Source: Alphaproteobacteria bacterium | GTDB taxonomy: Bacteria > Pseudomonadota > Alphaproteobacteria > JACAEB01 | Assembly (NCBI GenBank): GCA_024236075.1 | Contig: JACKLE010000001.1 | Span: 130,440-194,439, forward strand | Length of the DNA: 64,000 bases | Direction: 5' to 3' | Part shown: piece by piece, positions 38,370 through 47,107 of the stretch | Layout of the letters: the number at the start of each line of letters is the position of its first letter | Position numbering within the stretch: position 1 is the first letter of the stretch | Translations under genes and position numbers: made by a program | Notes under the pieces: generated by a model | The model's database searches: none | Told to the model about the DNA's origin: nothing | What the model saw: only the letters and a program-made list of their open reading frames with translations

Positions 38370-39887
38370 CTACGGACGCCATTTCGTGTTGTGCATGAAG
38401 ACGTTTTGGAAATAGGGGTCCGTCTCGTGATATTTGTAGGCCTCGATGATGCCGCTCACGGTCGATCCCGTGGCGCGGTAGTCGTAGCTGCAGGTCGAGT
38501 TGCCCAGGGGGTCCGCGTTCAGCGAGAGATTCGCCCCGTTGTGCGTTCCGCCGTCCCAGCCATAGCCGTCCGGCATCAGTGAGGGCGTGTCGATGCGCCC
38601 ATAGTAGACCGGCAGGTCCGTATTGCCGCCCGTGCGTTCGATCGAGGCCGTCGTGATGTCCGTGATCTTGAAGACGTGACAGCCGAAATGGCCGTTGTTC
38701 GCCTCGCCGCCCGACGCCGGATAGAAGTTCGGCGCCGTGATCGCGATGATGGAGCCGTCAGCAGCCTGAACGATGTCCGTCGCCGTGAAGGTCAGCTCGT
38801 CGTCCGGGGCCTCGATGCGTCCCGCATCCTTGAGCGCGACGGCTTCCGTCTGCCCGTAAAGGCGGCCGACATAGGACCAGGTCCACTGATTGGGATGGCT
38901 CTGGTCGGGGTTCGCCTGGGAGCGGAAGAGGAAGGTGTCGCTCTTCGAGAGGTCGGTCGACCCCGATCCGAGCGCGAAGCAATGCGACGAGAGGTAGAGC
39001 CGGTTGTCGGTGTGGTAGTAGAGCCCCGGCTCCAGCCAGATGCTGCAATCGGCCGTGTCGTTGCCGCCGAGCGCCGTCAGGTCGACCACCGAGAAGTTGT
39101 TGTTGGCGCCGGTGCCCATGCTGCCGCCGGTGCCCTTGTTGTCCTCGAAATTGGCGACGCCGTTGCAGTTCGCTCCGCAGGTGCCGATGCCCGAAGGGGC
39201 GCCGAGCGTGCCGGTCAGGAGCTGGCGATGGGTGGTCGAGGGATTCATGACCTGCGTGTAGATGCCGTCGACGCTGTCGGCCATGACGAGCTCCAGCCGC
39301 TCGCTCGTGTAGACCTTCCCCTGACTTTCCTTGTGCCAATATTTGTCGCGCACGCCGACCCATTTGCCGTTGCCGACCTTGGCGAGGTTGTAGGTCTCCG
39401 AGTTGGTGACCCCCCACGGCGCGAAGAGGTTCACGCGGGGATCCTTGTCCCAGCGATAGGGCACGAGCTTCATCTTCTGTCCGGAAGGCTGCGGCCCGCT
39501 GGAGAGGCCGAAGCTGCCGCCGGAGTTCGTGGTCTTCATATAATGCGTCTCGACGCTCACGACCCAGGGCGAGAGGAATGTGCGCTTGATCGCCGCCGGA
39601 TAGGAATAGGCGAGCCACATGGTGGCGGAGCTGCCCGAACCGCTCTGCCAGCGGATCACAGGATCGGCATTGCCGAGCAGATTTGTCGGAGAGGTCGGCA
39701 GGGGATCGAGCGATTCGAGATTGACATAGGGGCAGGTATTGCCCGGCGGAGAGGGCGGGGAGACGGTGTTGTCGTCCTCATAGCAGGTCACCGTCTGCGT
39801 GTTGATTGCGCTTGCCGGTGTCGCGACGAGCGGGACGCCTAGGGCAAGCGCCATCGCCCCGAGAATTCGGGTGTGTCCTATCGACAT
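38370..39887 (-). CDS. Exported 8-Cys protein of unrecognised family, paralog A (505 aa)
   Basis: ATG 39887 preceded by GGGAGGA (the ORF-track start 39899 is a TTG). Signal peptide MSIGHTRILGAMALALGVPLVATPASA. Confidence 0.75.
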   Translation of the reverse strand: MSIGHTRILGAMALALGVPLVATPASAINTQTVTCYEDDNTVSPPSPPGNTCPYVNLESLDPLPTSPTNLLGNADPVIRWQSGSGSSATMWLAYSYPAAIKRTFLSPWVVSVETHYMKTTNSGGSFGLSSGPQPSGQKMKLVPYRWDKDPRVNLFAPWGVTNSETYNLAKVGNGKWVGVRDKYWHKESQGKVYTSERLELVMADSVDGIYTQVMNPSTTHRQLLTGTLGAPSGIGTCGANCNGVANFEDNKGTGGSMGTGANNNFSVVDLTALGGNDTADCSIWLEPGLYYHTDNRLYLSSHCFALGSGSTDLSKSDTFLFRSQANPDQSHPNQWTWSYVGRLYGQTEAVALKDAGRIEAPDDELTFTATDIVQAADGSIIAITAPNFYPASGGEANNGHFGCHVFKITDITTASIERTGGNTDLPVYYGRIDTPSLMPDGYGWDGGTHNGANLSLNADPLGNSTCSYDYRATGSTVSGIIEAYKYHETDPYFQNVFMHNTKWRP

Positions 39888-39969
39888 GTTTCCTCCCAAG
39901 ATTATTGCCGTCCCGCCGTCCTGGAGGGACGATCCTCAGGCTACGGAGCACCTCTTAAGGGGTGCCGCG

Positions 39970-39984
39970 GCATCTTGCGTGCCA
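39970..39984 (-). promoter_or_regulatory. Candidate sigma54 (-24/-12) promoter for paralogs A/B
   Basis: The minus strand reads TGGCACGCAAGATGC: perfect -24 TGGCACG, correct GG-N10-GC spacing, -12 box ATGC. It ends 82 nt upstream of ATG 39887. Confidence 0.45.
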
Positions 39985-40387
39985 CCCGGGCGGGAGTCAA
40001 GAAATATTGTACTGTGTACATGTTTTGCCGGGCTCCCCGGCTGCTCGCGCAGCCGCGCCTCGGGTCGCTCGGTTCCGTCGCAGGAATAAAACCTATTCGG
40101 ACCAATGCCTTAATTGAAGCGCGCGTCCCGAGGATTCGCCGTCAATCGGCGGGCAATGGCGGCTCCCGCCGGCCCGGCAAAAAATGACCGGCGAAAACGT
40201 ATACAATGTGCATGTCGCGTCAAGGGCGACGGCACGGTTCGGCGGGATGGAGCCGCGGCGTCGCGCCGGTATCGTGCAGCGGCGTGGACCGGAATTTTCG
40301 GTCCGCTCTCTTCAATGTGTCCGCGGCTGGCGCGGGAAGAGGGCGAGGCGATCGGGCGGGATACGGCCCGGCGTCGGTGCCGGACCC

Positions 40388-41260
40388 TCACTCCGCCTTC
40401 GGCGTGCCGTCGTCGTGCAGCGGACCCATCGGGCGCTGCTCCCACGGCATGACGCCCGGATATTCGCGCGGAATGACGTTGTTGATGCGGCCGAGCCCGT
40501 GATTCTGCATGAAGCCGAGGCGCGCGAGGAGCGCCGGGCGCTCCGCACGCAGAATGTCGCGGTCGAGGCCCAGGGTGAAGTTTTCCTGCGAGCGGATATA
40601 GGGCTTGCAGCAATACATGAGGATGGCGGGCCGCCGCTCGTCCTTGGTGACGTTCGAGCCGGTGCCGTGCCAGAGACGGCCTTCGAAGACGAGGGCCGAT
40701 CCCGCGGGTGCTTCGGCGCTGATGAGGCGGGACGGGGGGATCTCCGGGCTGTGATGGCTCTCCACATGCGAGCCCGGCGCAAGCAGCGTGCCGCCGTTCT
40801 CCTTCGTGAAGTCCCCGAGGAGGAAGAGGATGTTCGCGACCATCGGCTTCGGGGTCCAGCCGACATAGCCCTGGTCCTGGTGGAGGTACATGGGCTGGCC
40901 GCCGGGCCCGGCGATGTTCGCCGTGAGGCTCGACAGAAGCCAGTCGCGTCCCAAAAGATGCGACATGAAGGTGTCGACCAGGGGATGCAGCACCAAGTCG
41001 CGGAAGACGCGCCCCTTGTTGACGAGGAAGAAGAGGCGCTGATTGGCGCCGCCTCCGTCGAACGTGCCGAGGCGGTGCGCCCGCTCGCCGGCCGCCTGCT
41101 CGAGCGTGCGCTCCCGCAGGACGGCAAGTTCCTCCGCACTCAGAGCGTTCTCCAGAATGCCATAGCCGAAGGCGGCGAGATCGCCCTTGACGCGCGTGAT
41201 GTCGCGCGTGGGCTTCGGCAGCGTTGTCGCATCGTGGACCACGGGGCTCTGCATGTTCAT
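40388..41260 (-). CDS. Phytanoyl-CoA dioxygenase (PhyH) family Fe(II)/2-oxoglutarate oxygenase
   Basis: 290 aa. ..MYLHQDQGY.. (H-x-D), ..ENGGTLLAPGSH.., ..GRLWHGTGSN.. are typical PhyH-family motifs. Confidence 0.8.
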   Translation of the reverse strand: MNMQSPVVHDATTLPKPTRDITRVKGDLAAFGYGILENALSAEELAVLRERTLEQAAGERAHRLGTFDGGGANQRLFFLVNKGRVFRDLVLHPLVDTFMSHLLGRDWLLSSLTANIAGPGGQPMYLHQDQGYVGWTPKPMVANILFLLGDFTKENGGTLLAPGSHVESHHSPEIPPSRLISAEAPAGSALVFEGRLWHGTGSNVTKDERRPAILMYCCKPYIRSQENFTLGLDRDILRAERPALLARLGFMQNHGLGRINNVIPREYPGVMPWEQRPMGPLHDDGTPKAE

Positions 41261-41282
41261 GAGCGCGTTCCTTGCCCTTGTC

Positions 41283-41939
41283 TTACTGGCTTGCCCAGAC
41301 GATCCGGGCGATCCATTCGATGTCGCGCACCTCGAAGCTCAGATCGGCGAAGTCCGGGTTGAACGAGCCCAGCTCCACCTTGTGCGCGGTCAGACGCTTC
41401 AGGAGCTTGGCCATCACCTCCCCGGCCTTCGTCTTCGCGACCACCCTGTCGCCCCGCCGGACGGGCGCGTTCGGCGCCACCACGAGAATGTCGCCGTCGC
41501 GATAGACCGGCAGCATGCTGTCCCCGCTCACTTCGAGCGCGTAGGCATTTTCATCGCTAATTCCGGGAAAATCCACCTCATCCCATCCAGAACCGACAGG
41601 AAAGCCAGAATCGTCGAAAAAACCGGCGGATCCGGCCTGAGCGAATCCAATCAGCGGCACGAAGCGCCGGACGCCGGGTCCCTGGCCGTGTCGGGCTCCG
41701 AGGTGGGCGACGAAGCTCTCCATGCTCGCGCCGGTGGCGTCGAGGATCTTCGAGATGCTCTCGGTCGAGGGCCAGCGCGGCTTTCCAGCCGTTGTGATGC
41801 GTTTGGACCGGTTGAAGGTGGTGGGATCGAGGCCCGCCATGCGCGCCAGGCCCGAAGGCGAATAGCCATGCGCGCGCGCGAGCGCGTCGATCGCGTCCCA
41901 GATCGCTTCGTGGGTGAGGGCGATGGGCGTGCCCTTCAT
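41283..41939 (-). CDS. HTH (XRE-like) + S24 LexA-like peptidase domain transcriptional regulator
   Basis: N-terminal HTH (..GYSPSGLARMAGLDPTTFNRSK..) and a C-terminal S24 domain (..LEVSGDSMLPVYRDGDILVV.. with Ser, ..VVAKTKAGEVMAKLL.. with Lys). Confidence 0.75.
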   Translation of the reverse strand: MKGTPIALTHEAIWDAIDALARAHGYSPSGLARMAGLDPTTFNRSKRITTAGKPRWPSTESISKILDATGASMESFVAHLGARHGQGPGVRRFVPLIGFAQAGSAGFFDDSGFPVGSGWDEVDFPGISDENAYALEVSGDSMLPVYRDGDILVVAPNAPVRRGDRVVAKTKAGEVMAKLLKRLTAHKVELGSFNPDFADLSFEVRDIEWIARIVWASQ

Positions 41940-41953
41940 GCATGCTTCCCGAA

Positions 41954-41970
41954 ATTCCTAAAATAGGAAT
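41954..41970. promoter_or_regulatory. Candidate operator (perfect 7-bp inverted repeat)
   Basis: ATTCCTA-AAA-TAGGAAT, an A/T-rich perfect palindrome. It lies 15 nt upstream of the S24 regulator start, in the divergent region with the DUF952 gene. Confidence 0.4.
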
Positions 41971-42060
41971 GTTAGCATAGGCTGTGAATCTGCCCGGCGC
42001 AAGCACGAGCTGCGCAGGTTTCGATTGGCGCGGGACGGCGCACGCGCTATGGGAACGGCC

Positions 42061-42444
42061 ATGCTGGCGCATGCGTCTCCCGCCTATGTCTACAAGGTCG
42101 CTCCGCGCGCGGATTGGGCGCGCGCGGCCGCCGAGCGTCTCTATCGCGGCTCGGCCGATGATGCGCGGGACGGGTTCATCCACCTTTCGACGGCCGAGCA
42201 GCTCGCCGGCACGCTCGCCCGGTATTTCGCCGGGCGGGAGGATCTCGTTCTCGTCGCAGTGAGGTCGGAGGCGGTGGGCCCGGCCCTGCGCTACGAGGCC
42301 TCGCGGGGCGGCGCGCTGTTCCCGCATCTCTACGGGCCGCTCGCGCTCGATGCCGTCGCCGGGGTCGCCGATATCGTCCTCGGTGCCGAGGGCCACGAGC
42401 TGCCCACGGAGCTTCCGGGTCTCGGCGGGGTGCGCGCGCCATGA
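42061..42444 (+). CDS. DUF952 family protein
   Basis: 127 aa. ..YVYKVAPRADW..DGFIHLSTAEQL..LVLVAV..LRYE.SRGG.LFPHLYGPL.. is typical DUF952. The stop overlaps the pyrD ATG. Confidence 0.7.
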   Translation: MLAHASPAYVYKVAPRADWARAAAERLYRGSADDARDGFIHLSTAEQLAGTLARYFAGREDLVLVAVRSEAVGPALRYEASRGGALFPHLYGPLALDAVAGVADIVLGAEGHELPTELPGLGGVRAP

Positions 42445-43547
42445 GCTCCGGCCTTTTCCGCCTCGCGCGCCCGCTTCTCCATCGGCTCGAGCCCGAGACG
42501 GCCCACCGCCTCACGATCACGGCCCTCGCGAAGGGCTGGGTGAGCCACCCGCGCGAGGCCGATCCGCCCTCGCTCGAGACGCGCGCCCTCGGCTTCGTCT
42601 TTCCCAATCCAATCGGGCTCGCGGCCGGCTTCGACAAGAATGCCGAGGTGGCGGATGCGATGCTCGCACTGGGCTTCGGCTTCGTCGAGGTCGGCACGAT
42701 CTGCCCGCGGCCGCAGGAGGGCAATGCGCGCCCGCGCGTGTTCCGCCTCGCGGAGGACCGCGCGGTCATCAACCGCCTCGGATTTCCCAGCGAGGGGCTT
42801 GCCGCGGTAAAGCCGCGGCTCGAGCGGCGCTGGGGCGCGAGCGGCATACTCGGCGCCAATATCGGCGCCAACAAGGATTCGCACGACCGCCGCATGGACT
42901 ACGACATCTGCCTGCGCGCGCTTTATGGGTATACGGACTATTTTACGATCAACGTCTCCTCGCCCAATACGCCGGGCCTGCGCGGCCTTCAGGGCCGGCG
43001 GGAGCTCGACGACCTGCTCTCCATGCTCACCGCGACCCGGGCCGAGCTCGACCGCGGCTCCGGGAGGCCCGCGCCGCTTGTCCTGAAGGTCGCGCCCGAC
43101 CTCACGCCTTCGGGTCTGGAGGACGTCGCTTCGGTGGTCGAGACGCACAAGCTCGATGGCGTCATCGTCGCCAACACGACGATCGAGGAGCGCGATGCCC
43201 TGAAGAGTGCCAACCGGGTGCAGGCGGGCGGGCTTTCGGGACCGCCGCTCTTCAAGCGCTCGACGGAGATGCTGGCCGATCTCTACCGCATGACCGGAGG
43301 CCGCGTTCCCCTGATCGGCGCGGGCGGAATCTCCTCCGGGCGCGACGCATATGTGAAGATCCGCATGGGCGCCTCGCTGGTCCAGCTCTATACGGGCCTC
43401 ATCTATCAGGGGCCCGAGCTCGTTCGCCGCATCAAGCGCGAGCTCGCGAGCTTCCTCAAGGCCGACGGGCTCTCGAGCGTCGCCGAGGCCGTCGGCACGG
43501 GCGCGGACGGCACGCACCGCGCGGTTCTGAAGAACATGATGGGCTGA
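42441..43547 (+). CDS. pyrD: Dihydroorotate dehydrogenase (quinone), class 2
   Basis: 368 aa. ..FPNPIGLAAGFDKNAE..GFVEVGT..NISSPNTPGLR..GVIVANTT..GGLSGPPL..GAGGI.. . Confidence 0.9.
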   Translation: MSSGLFRLARPLLHRLEPETAHRLTITALAKGWVSHPREADPPSLETRALGFVFPNPIGLAAGFDKNAEVADAMLALGFGFVEVGTICPRPQEGNARPRVFRLAEDRAVINRLGFPSEGLAAVKPRLERRWGASGILGANIGANKDSHDRRMDYDICLRALYGYTDYFTINVSSPNTPGLRGLQGRRELDDLLSMLTATRAELDRGSGRPAPLVLKVAPDLTPSGLEDVASVVETHKLDGVIVANTTIEERDALKSANRVQAGGLSGPPLFKRSTEMLADLYRMTGGRVPLIGAGGISSGRDAYVKIRMGASLVQLYTGLIYQGPELVRRIKRELASFLKADGLSSVAEAVGTGADGTHRAVLKNMMG

Positions 43548-43653
43548 GCCTTGTTCCGACCGGTCGCGCGCCCCAGATCCCCCGGTCTGGATTCTCCTCT
43601 CCGAGAGGCCTAGATCCTCGGGGCGGGGTGGATGTGCTTTTGTGAAGAGCGTC

Positions 43654-44412
43654 ATGGCTTCTGCGCGGAATCAGGCCGGTGTTGCGTCGTCTCGCGAGGA
43701 CGACCGCGCCCCTGTCTACTATGCCATCGGCGATATTCACGGTCGGCGCGACTGCCTCGACGCGCTTCTCGCGCGCATCGTTCGCCACGGCGCCCGCGCC
43801 GACGAACGGGACGTGCGTGCGCGCGTCATCGTGACGCTTGGCGACTATGTCGACCGAGGGCCCGATTCGCGCGGCGTCATCGAGCGGCTGATGCGCGGCG
43901 TCGAAGGCTTTTCCCTCGTCACGCTCAAGGGCAATCACGAGGCGATCTTCCTCACCGTGCTCGCCGATCCTGCGCCCGACCTCTGGGCCTGGTGGCGGCG
44001 CAATGGCGGCCATTCGACGCTGTCGAGCTACGGCCGGCTGCCCGAGGGGCCGCCGACGCGCGCATGGCTCGAGGATCACGTTCCCGAGGCGCACCGGCGC
44101 TGGCTGGAGGCGCTGCCTGTCGTCCATGCACCGGACGGCCTCGTCTTCGTGCATGCCGGCATTCGTCCGGGCGTGCCGCTCGACGCGCAGAGCGAAGAGG
44201 ATATGCTCTGGATCCGCCAGGAGTTCCTGGACTCGCGGGTCGATTTCGGCGGGCGTATCGTACACGGACATACGCCCAACGAGACGCCCGAGATCCTCGC
44301 GAACCGCATCAATCTCGACACACTCGCCTATGCGAGCGGCATTCTCACTTGCGCGGTCATCGACGGCACCGATCCCCGCGGCACGCCGGAGATTTTGCAG
44401 ACCTCGCTCTGA
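43654..44412 (+). CDS. PPP-family metallophosphoesterase (Ser/Thr phosphatase 1 / ApaH-like)
   Basis: GDIHG, GDYVDRGP and GNHE motifs. ATG 43654 is preferred over GTG 43642. Confidence 0.75.
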   Translation: MASARNQAGVASSREDDRAPVYYAIGDIHGRRDCLDALLARIVRHGARADERDVRARVIVTLGDYVDRGPDSRGVIERLMRGVEGFSLVTLKGNHEAIFLTVLADPAPDLWAWWRRNGGHSTLSSYGRLPEGPPTRAWLEDHVPEAHRRWLEALPVVHAPDGLVFVHAGIRPGVPLDAQSEEDMLWIRQEFLDSRVDFGGRIVHGHTPNETPEILANRINLDTLAYASGILTCAVIDGTDPRGTPEILQTSL

Positions 44413-44419
44413 ACGCCTG

Positions 44420-44866
44420 TCATGGACCGGGCTTGAGCAGCGCCTGCGTGTTCTCGCGCGCCTGGCCGAGAAGGAAGTGGCCGTGCGCGATCGCGATGGG
44501 CCGGGTCTCGTCGTCCTGCCAGGCATTGGCCGAGACGTTTGCGACGTTGCGTCCGAGCTTGGTGACGCTGGCGCGCGCCCGCGTCGCGACCGGTCGGCCG
44601 GAGCGGCGGTACTCGATCGTGAAGGTGATGGCCTTGGGCAGGGGCTCGAGTCCGATCTCGGCGCACAGCGCGCCGATGGCCGCGATCTCGAGCAGCGCGC
44701 CGATGACGCCGCCGTGCAGCGCCGGCAGGAGGGGATTGCCTATGAGGCTCTCCGCAAACGGAAGGCTGGCCGTCAGCCGCTCTTCCTCGAAGCCGAGCCG
44801 CACGCCGAGGAAGCGCGCATAGGGAACCGCCTCCAGGAGCGCCGCGAGATCCTCGCTGGCGCTCAT
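44420..44866 (-). CDS. PaaI-family hotdog thioesterase (copy 2)
   Basis: 148 aa. ..NPLLPALHGGVIGALLE.. is the typical PaaI motif. Its ATG overlaps the stop of copy 1. Confidence 0.7.
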   Translation of the reverse strand: MSASEDLAALLEAVPYARFLGVRLGFEEERLTASLPFAESLIGNPLLPALHGGVIGALLEIAAIGALCAEIGLEPLPKAITFTIEYRRSGRPVATRARASVTKLGRNVANVSANAWQDDETRPIAIAHGHFLLGQARENTQALLKPGP

Positions 44867-45327
44867 GGTCCTCCGGCCTCCCCGTCGGGTCCGAGCATGA
44901 AGGTCGCCGTCGCGGCCGCGACCGGGTCGGTGCCGTCTCCCTCGTGGGCGAGGCCTCGCACGAAGGCGATGCGCCGGGTCACGCGGGTGCACGCCGCCTC
45001 GCCGACGACGGTCGCGCCGGGTGTCGCGGGCCGCATGTAGTCGATCCGGAGGTCGAGCGTCGCCATGGTGCGCAGACGCGTGAGCGCCGCGTAGGCCGCC
45101 ATGCCGCACACGGTGTCGAGCAGCGTCGTGATGGCGCCGCCATGAAGGACGCCGGTCGCGGGGTTTCCGACCAGCCTTGGATCGTAGGGTAGCGCGATCA
45201 CGGCGCGCGCCTCGCCGAAGGCACGAAGCGCCAGGCCCAGCGCACGCGCATGGGGTATGGCATCGAGCCATGGCACGGGGCCGGTCTGCCCGCCGCGACC
45301 CGTTCCGCCGTTCTCAGCATCGTTCAT
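44863..45327 (-). CDS. PaaI-family hotdog thioesterase (copy 1)
   Basis: 154 aa. ..NPATGVLHGGAITTLLDT.. . Confidence 0.7.
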   Translation of the reverse strand: MNDAENGGTGRGGQTGPVPWLDAIPHARALGLALRAFGEARAVIALPYDPRLVGNPATGVLHGGAITTLLDTVCGMAAYAALTRLRTMATLDLRIDYMRPATPGATVVGEAACTRVTRRIAFVRGLAHEGDGTDPVAAATATFMLGPDGEAGGP

Positions 45328-45419
45328 GGCCCGCAGTCCTCGGGCGTTCCGCTTCCCCTGTCAACGATACCCTCTTTCCGTGTGGTTTGACGGGCCTTCG
45401 AACGCGGTTAGACTGCACG

Positions 45420-45440
45420 GTCAACCGGTATTCGGTCGAC
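45420..45440. promoter_or_regulatory. Candidate TetR operator
   Basis: GTCAACCG-gtatt-CGGTCGAC: 8-bp arms complementary at 7/8 positions. It lies in the divergent thioesterase/TetR intergenic region, 34 nt before the TetR start. Confidence 0.3.
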
Positions 45441-45473
45441 GAATGCAGGCCAATTGGATGTGGGGTACCGCAG

Positions 45474-46115
45474 GTGAACGAGATTGCCCAGGTCATCGAG
45501 CTTGACGAAGAGCTCATCGGCAAGCGCGAGCGCACAAAGGCGAACAATCGCCGGGCTATCTTGAATGCCGCCCGCGAGGTCTTTTCCGAGCTCGGCTATG
45601 GCGCCGCGAGCGTGCGCGACATCATTCGCCGCACGGGCCTCGCGTCGGGTACGTTCTACAACTACTACCGTTCGAAGGAAGAGGTGTTCGAGGCGCTGCT
45701 CGACGACGTCACGATGTCGCTGCGCCCGCGTCTCACCGATGCGCGCCGCAATGCCAGGACTTTCGACGATTTTCTCTTCGCGAGCTACCGCGTCTATTTC
45801 GACTTCTGCTGCAACGACCGCGCCGCGTTCAATCTCCTGCGCGTCAACGCGGACGAGGTGCGCATCAAGATGAACACCCACGAGGTCGACGCCTCGGTGG
45901 CGGATGTGCGCACCGATCTCGTCGCGGCCATGAAGGCGGGCCTTTGCCCGCGCGTCGATCCCGATCTCCTGACGGCGAGCCTCGTCGGCATCGGGCGCGA
46001 CATGGCGAACTACCTCATGACGCAGGCGCGGCCCGACATCGACGCGGCGGCGGCCTTCGCGACGGCGCTCGTCATCTCGGGCGTCGAGGGAATGGCGCGC
46101 CGCGGCAAGGCATGA
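45474..46115 (+). CDS. TetR/AcrR family transcriptional regulator
   Basis: ..RRAILNAAREVFSELGYGAASVRDIIRRTGLASGTFYNYY.. is a TetR HTH. GTG start at 45474 (no in-frame ATG nearby). The stop overlaps the next ATG. Confidence 0.75.
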   Translation: MNEIAQVIELDEELIGKRERTKANNRRAILNAAREVFSELGYGAASVRDIIRRTGLASGTFYNYYRSKEEVFEALLDDVTMSLRPRLTDARRNARTFDDFLFASYRVYFDFCCNDRAAFNLLRVNADEVRIKMNTHEVDASVADVRTDLVAAMKAGLCPRVDPDLLTASLVGIGRDMANYLMTQARPDIDAAAAFATALVISGVEGMARRGKA

Positions 46116-47098
46116 GGGCGCTGGTCTGCCGGGAGCTCTCGGCGGATCTTTCGGGCGTCAGATTGGAGCGGGCCTGGCCCGATCCGCCGCCGCCCGGGCC
46201 CGGCAAGGTTCGCGTGCGGCTCGCCTATGCGGCGCTCAACTTTCCCGACCTTCTGATGACGCGCGGGCTCTATCAGATGAAGCCCGAGCTGCCTTTCGTC
46301 CCGGGCGGCGAGGCCGCGGGCCATGTGCAGGATGTCGGCGAGGGCGTCGAAGGCGTCGCGCCGGGCGATCCCGTCATTGCGAGCCTCGCGACCGGCGGGC
46401 TTGCCGAACGGGCGCTGCTTCCGGCCGCGGCCCTGCGGCCCGTGCCGGACGGGCTCACGCTCGCTGAGGCGGCGGGCTTCACCACCATGTACATGACGGC
46501 TTTCGTCGCGCTCGACCGGCGCGGGCGGCTCGCCGCCGGCGAGACGCTGCTCGTGCACGGCGCGGCCGGCGGGGTCGGCCTTGCCGCCGTCGATCTCGGT
46601 CTCGTCATCGGCGCCCGCGTCATCGCGACCGCGTCGACGCCCGACAAGCGCGCATTTCTCGCGGAGCGGGGCGCCCACCATGTGATCGCGCCGGAGCCGG
46701 GATTTCGCGAGGAGGTCAAGGCGCTCACCGGCGGGCGCGGCGCCGACGTGATCTACGATCCCGTCGGGGGCGCGGTCTTCGCCGAATCCATGCGCTGCAT
46801 CGCCTGGGACGGACGCCTGCTCGTCGTCGGCTTCGCGAGCGGAACCATTCCTCAGCTCACGGCCAATATTCCGCTCATCAAGGGCTTTTCCGTGGTCGGC
46901 GTGCGCGCGGGCGAGCACGGACGGCGTCACCCGGAGGACGGGCGCGCCTGCCGCGCCGCCATCGACGGGCTCGCCGCCGAGGGGCGCCTCAGGCCCCATG
47001 TCGGGGCGGTCCTGCCGCTCGGGGATGCCATCGAAGGCCTCAGGCGCCTCGACCGCCGGGAAGCGGTCGGCAAGATCGTCATCGACTGCGCGGCGTGA
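46112..47098 (+). CDS. NADPH:quinone oxidoreductase (zinc-independent MDR family)
   Basis: 328 aa. ..LNFPDLL...G.Y..KP.LPFVPG.EAAG.V.. and ..LVHGAAGGVGLAAV.. . Confidence 0.8.
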   Translation: MRALVCRELSADLSGVRLERAWPDPPPPGPGKVRVRLAYAALNFPDLLMTRGLYQMKPELPFVPGGEAAGHVQDVGEGVEGVAPGDPVIASLATGGLAERALLPAAALRPVPDGLTLAEAAGFTTMYMTAFVALDRRGRLAAGETLLVHGAAGGVGLAAVDLGLVIGARVIATASTPDKRAFLAERGAHHVIAPEPGFREEVKALTGGRGADVIYDPVGGAVFAESMRCIAWDGRLLVVGFASGTIPQLTANIPLIKGFSVVGVRAGEHGRRHPEDGRACRAAIDGLAAEGRLRPHVGAVLPLGDAIEGLRRLDRREAVGKIVIDCAA

Positions 47099-47107
47099 GA
47101 GCCCCGG

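Noticed and set aside
40003-40023. SOS/LexA-box-like sequence (TACTGTGTACAT) near an S24-family regulator.
   Set aside because: It fits neither the alphaproteobacterial LexA direct repeat (GTTC-N7-GTTC) nor CTGT-N8-ACAG. I treated it instead as one copy of a repeated 16-mer.
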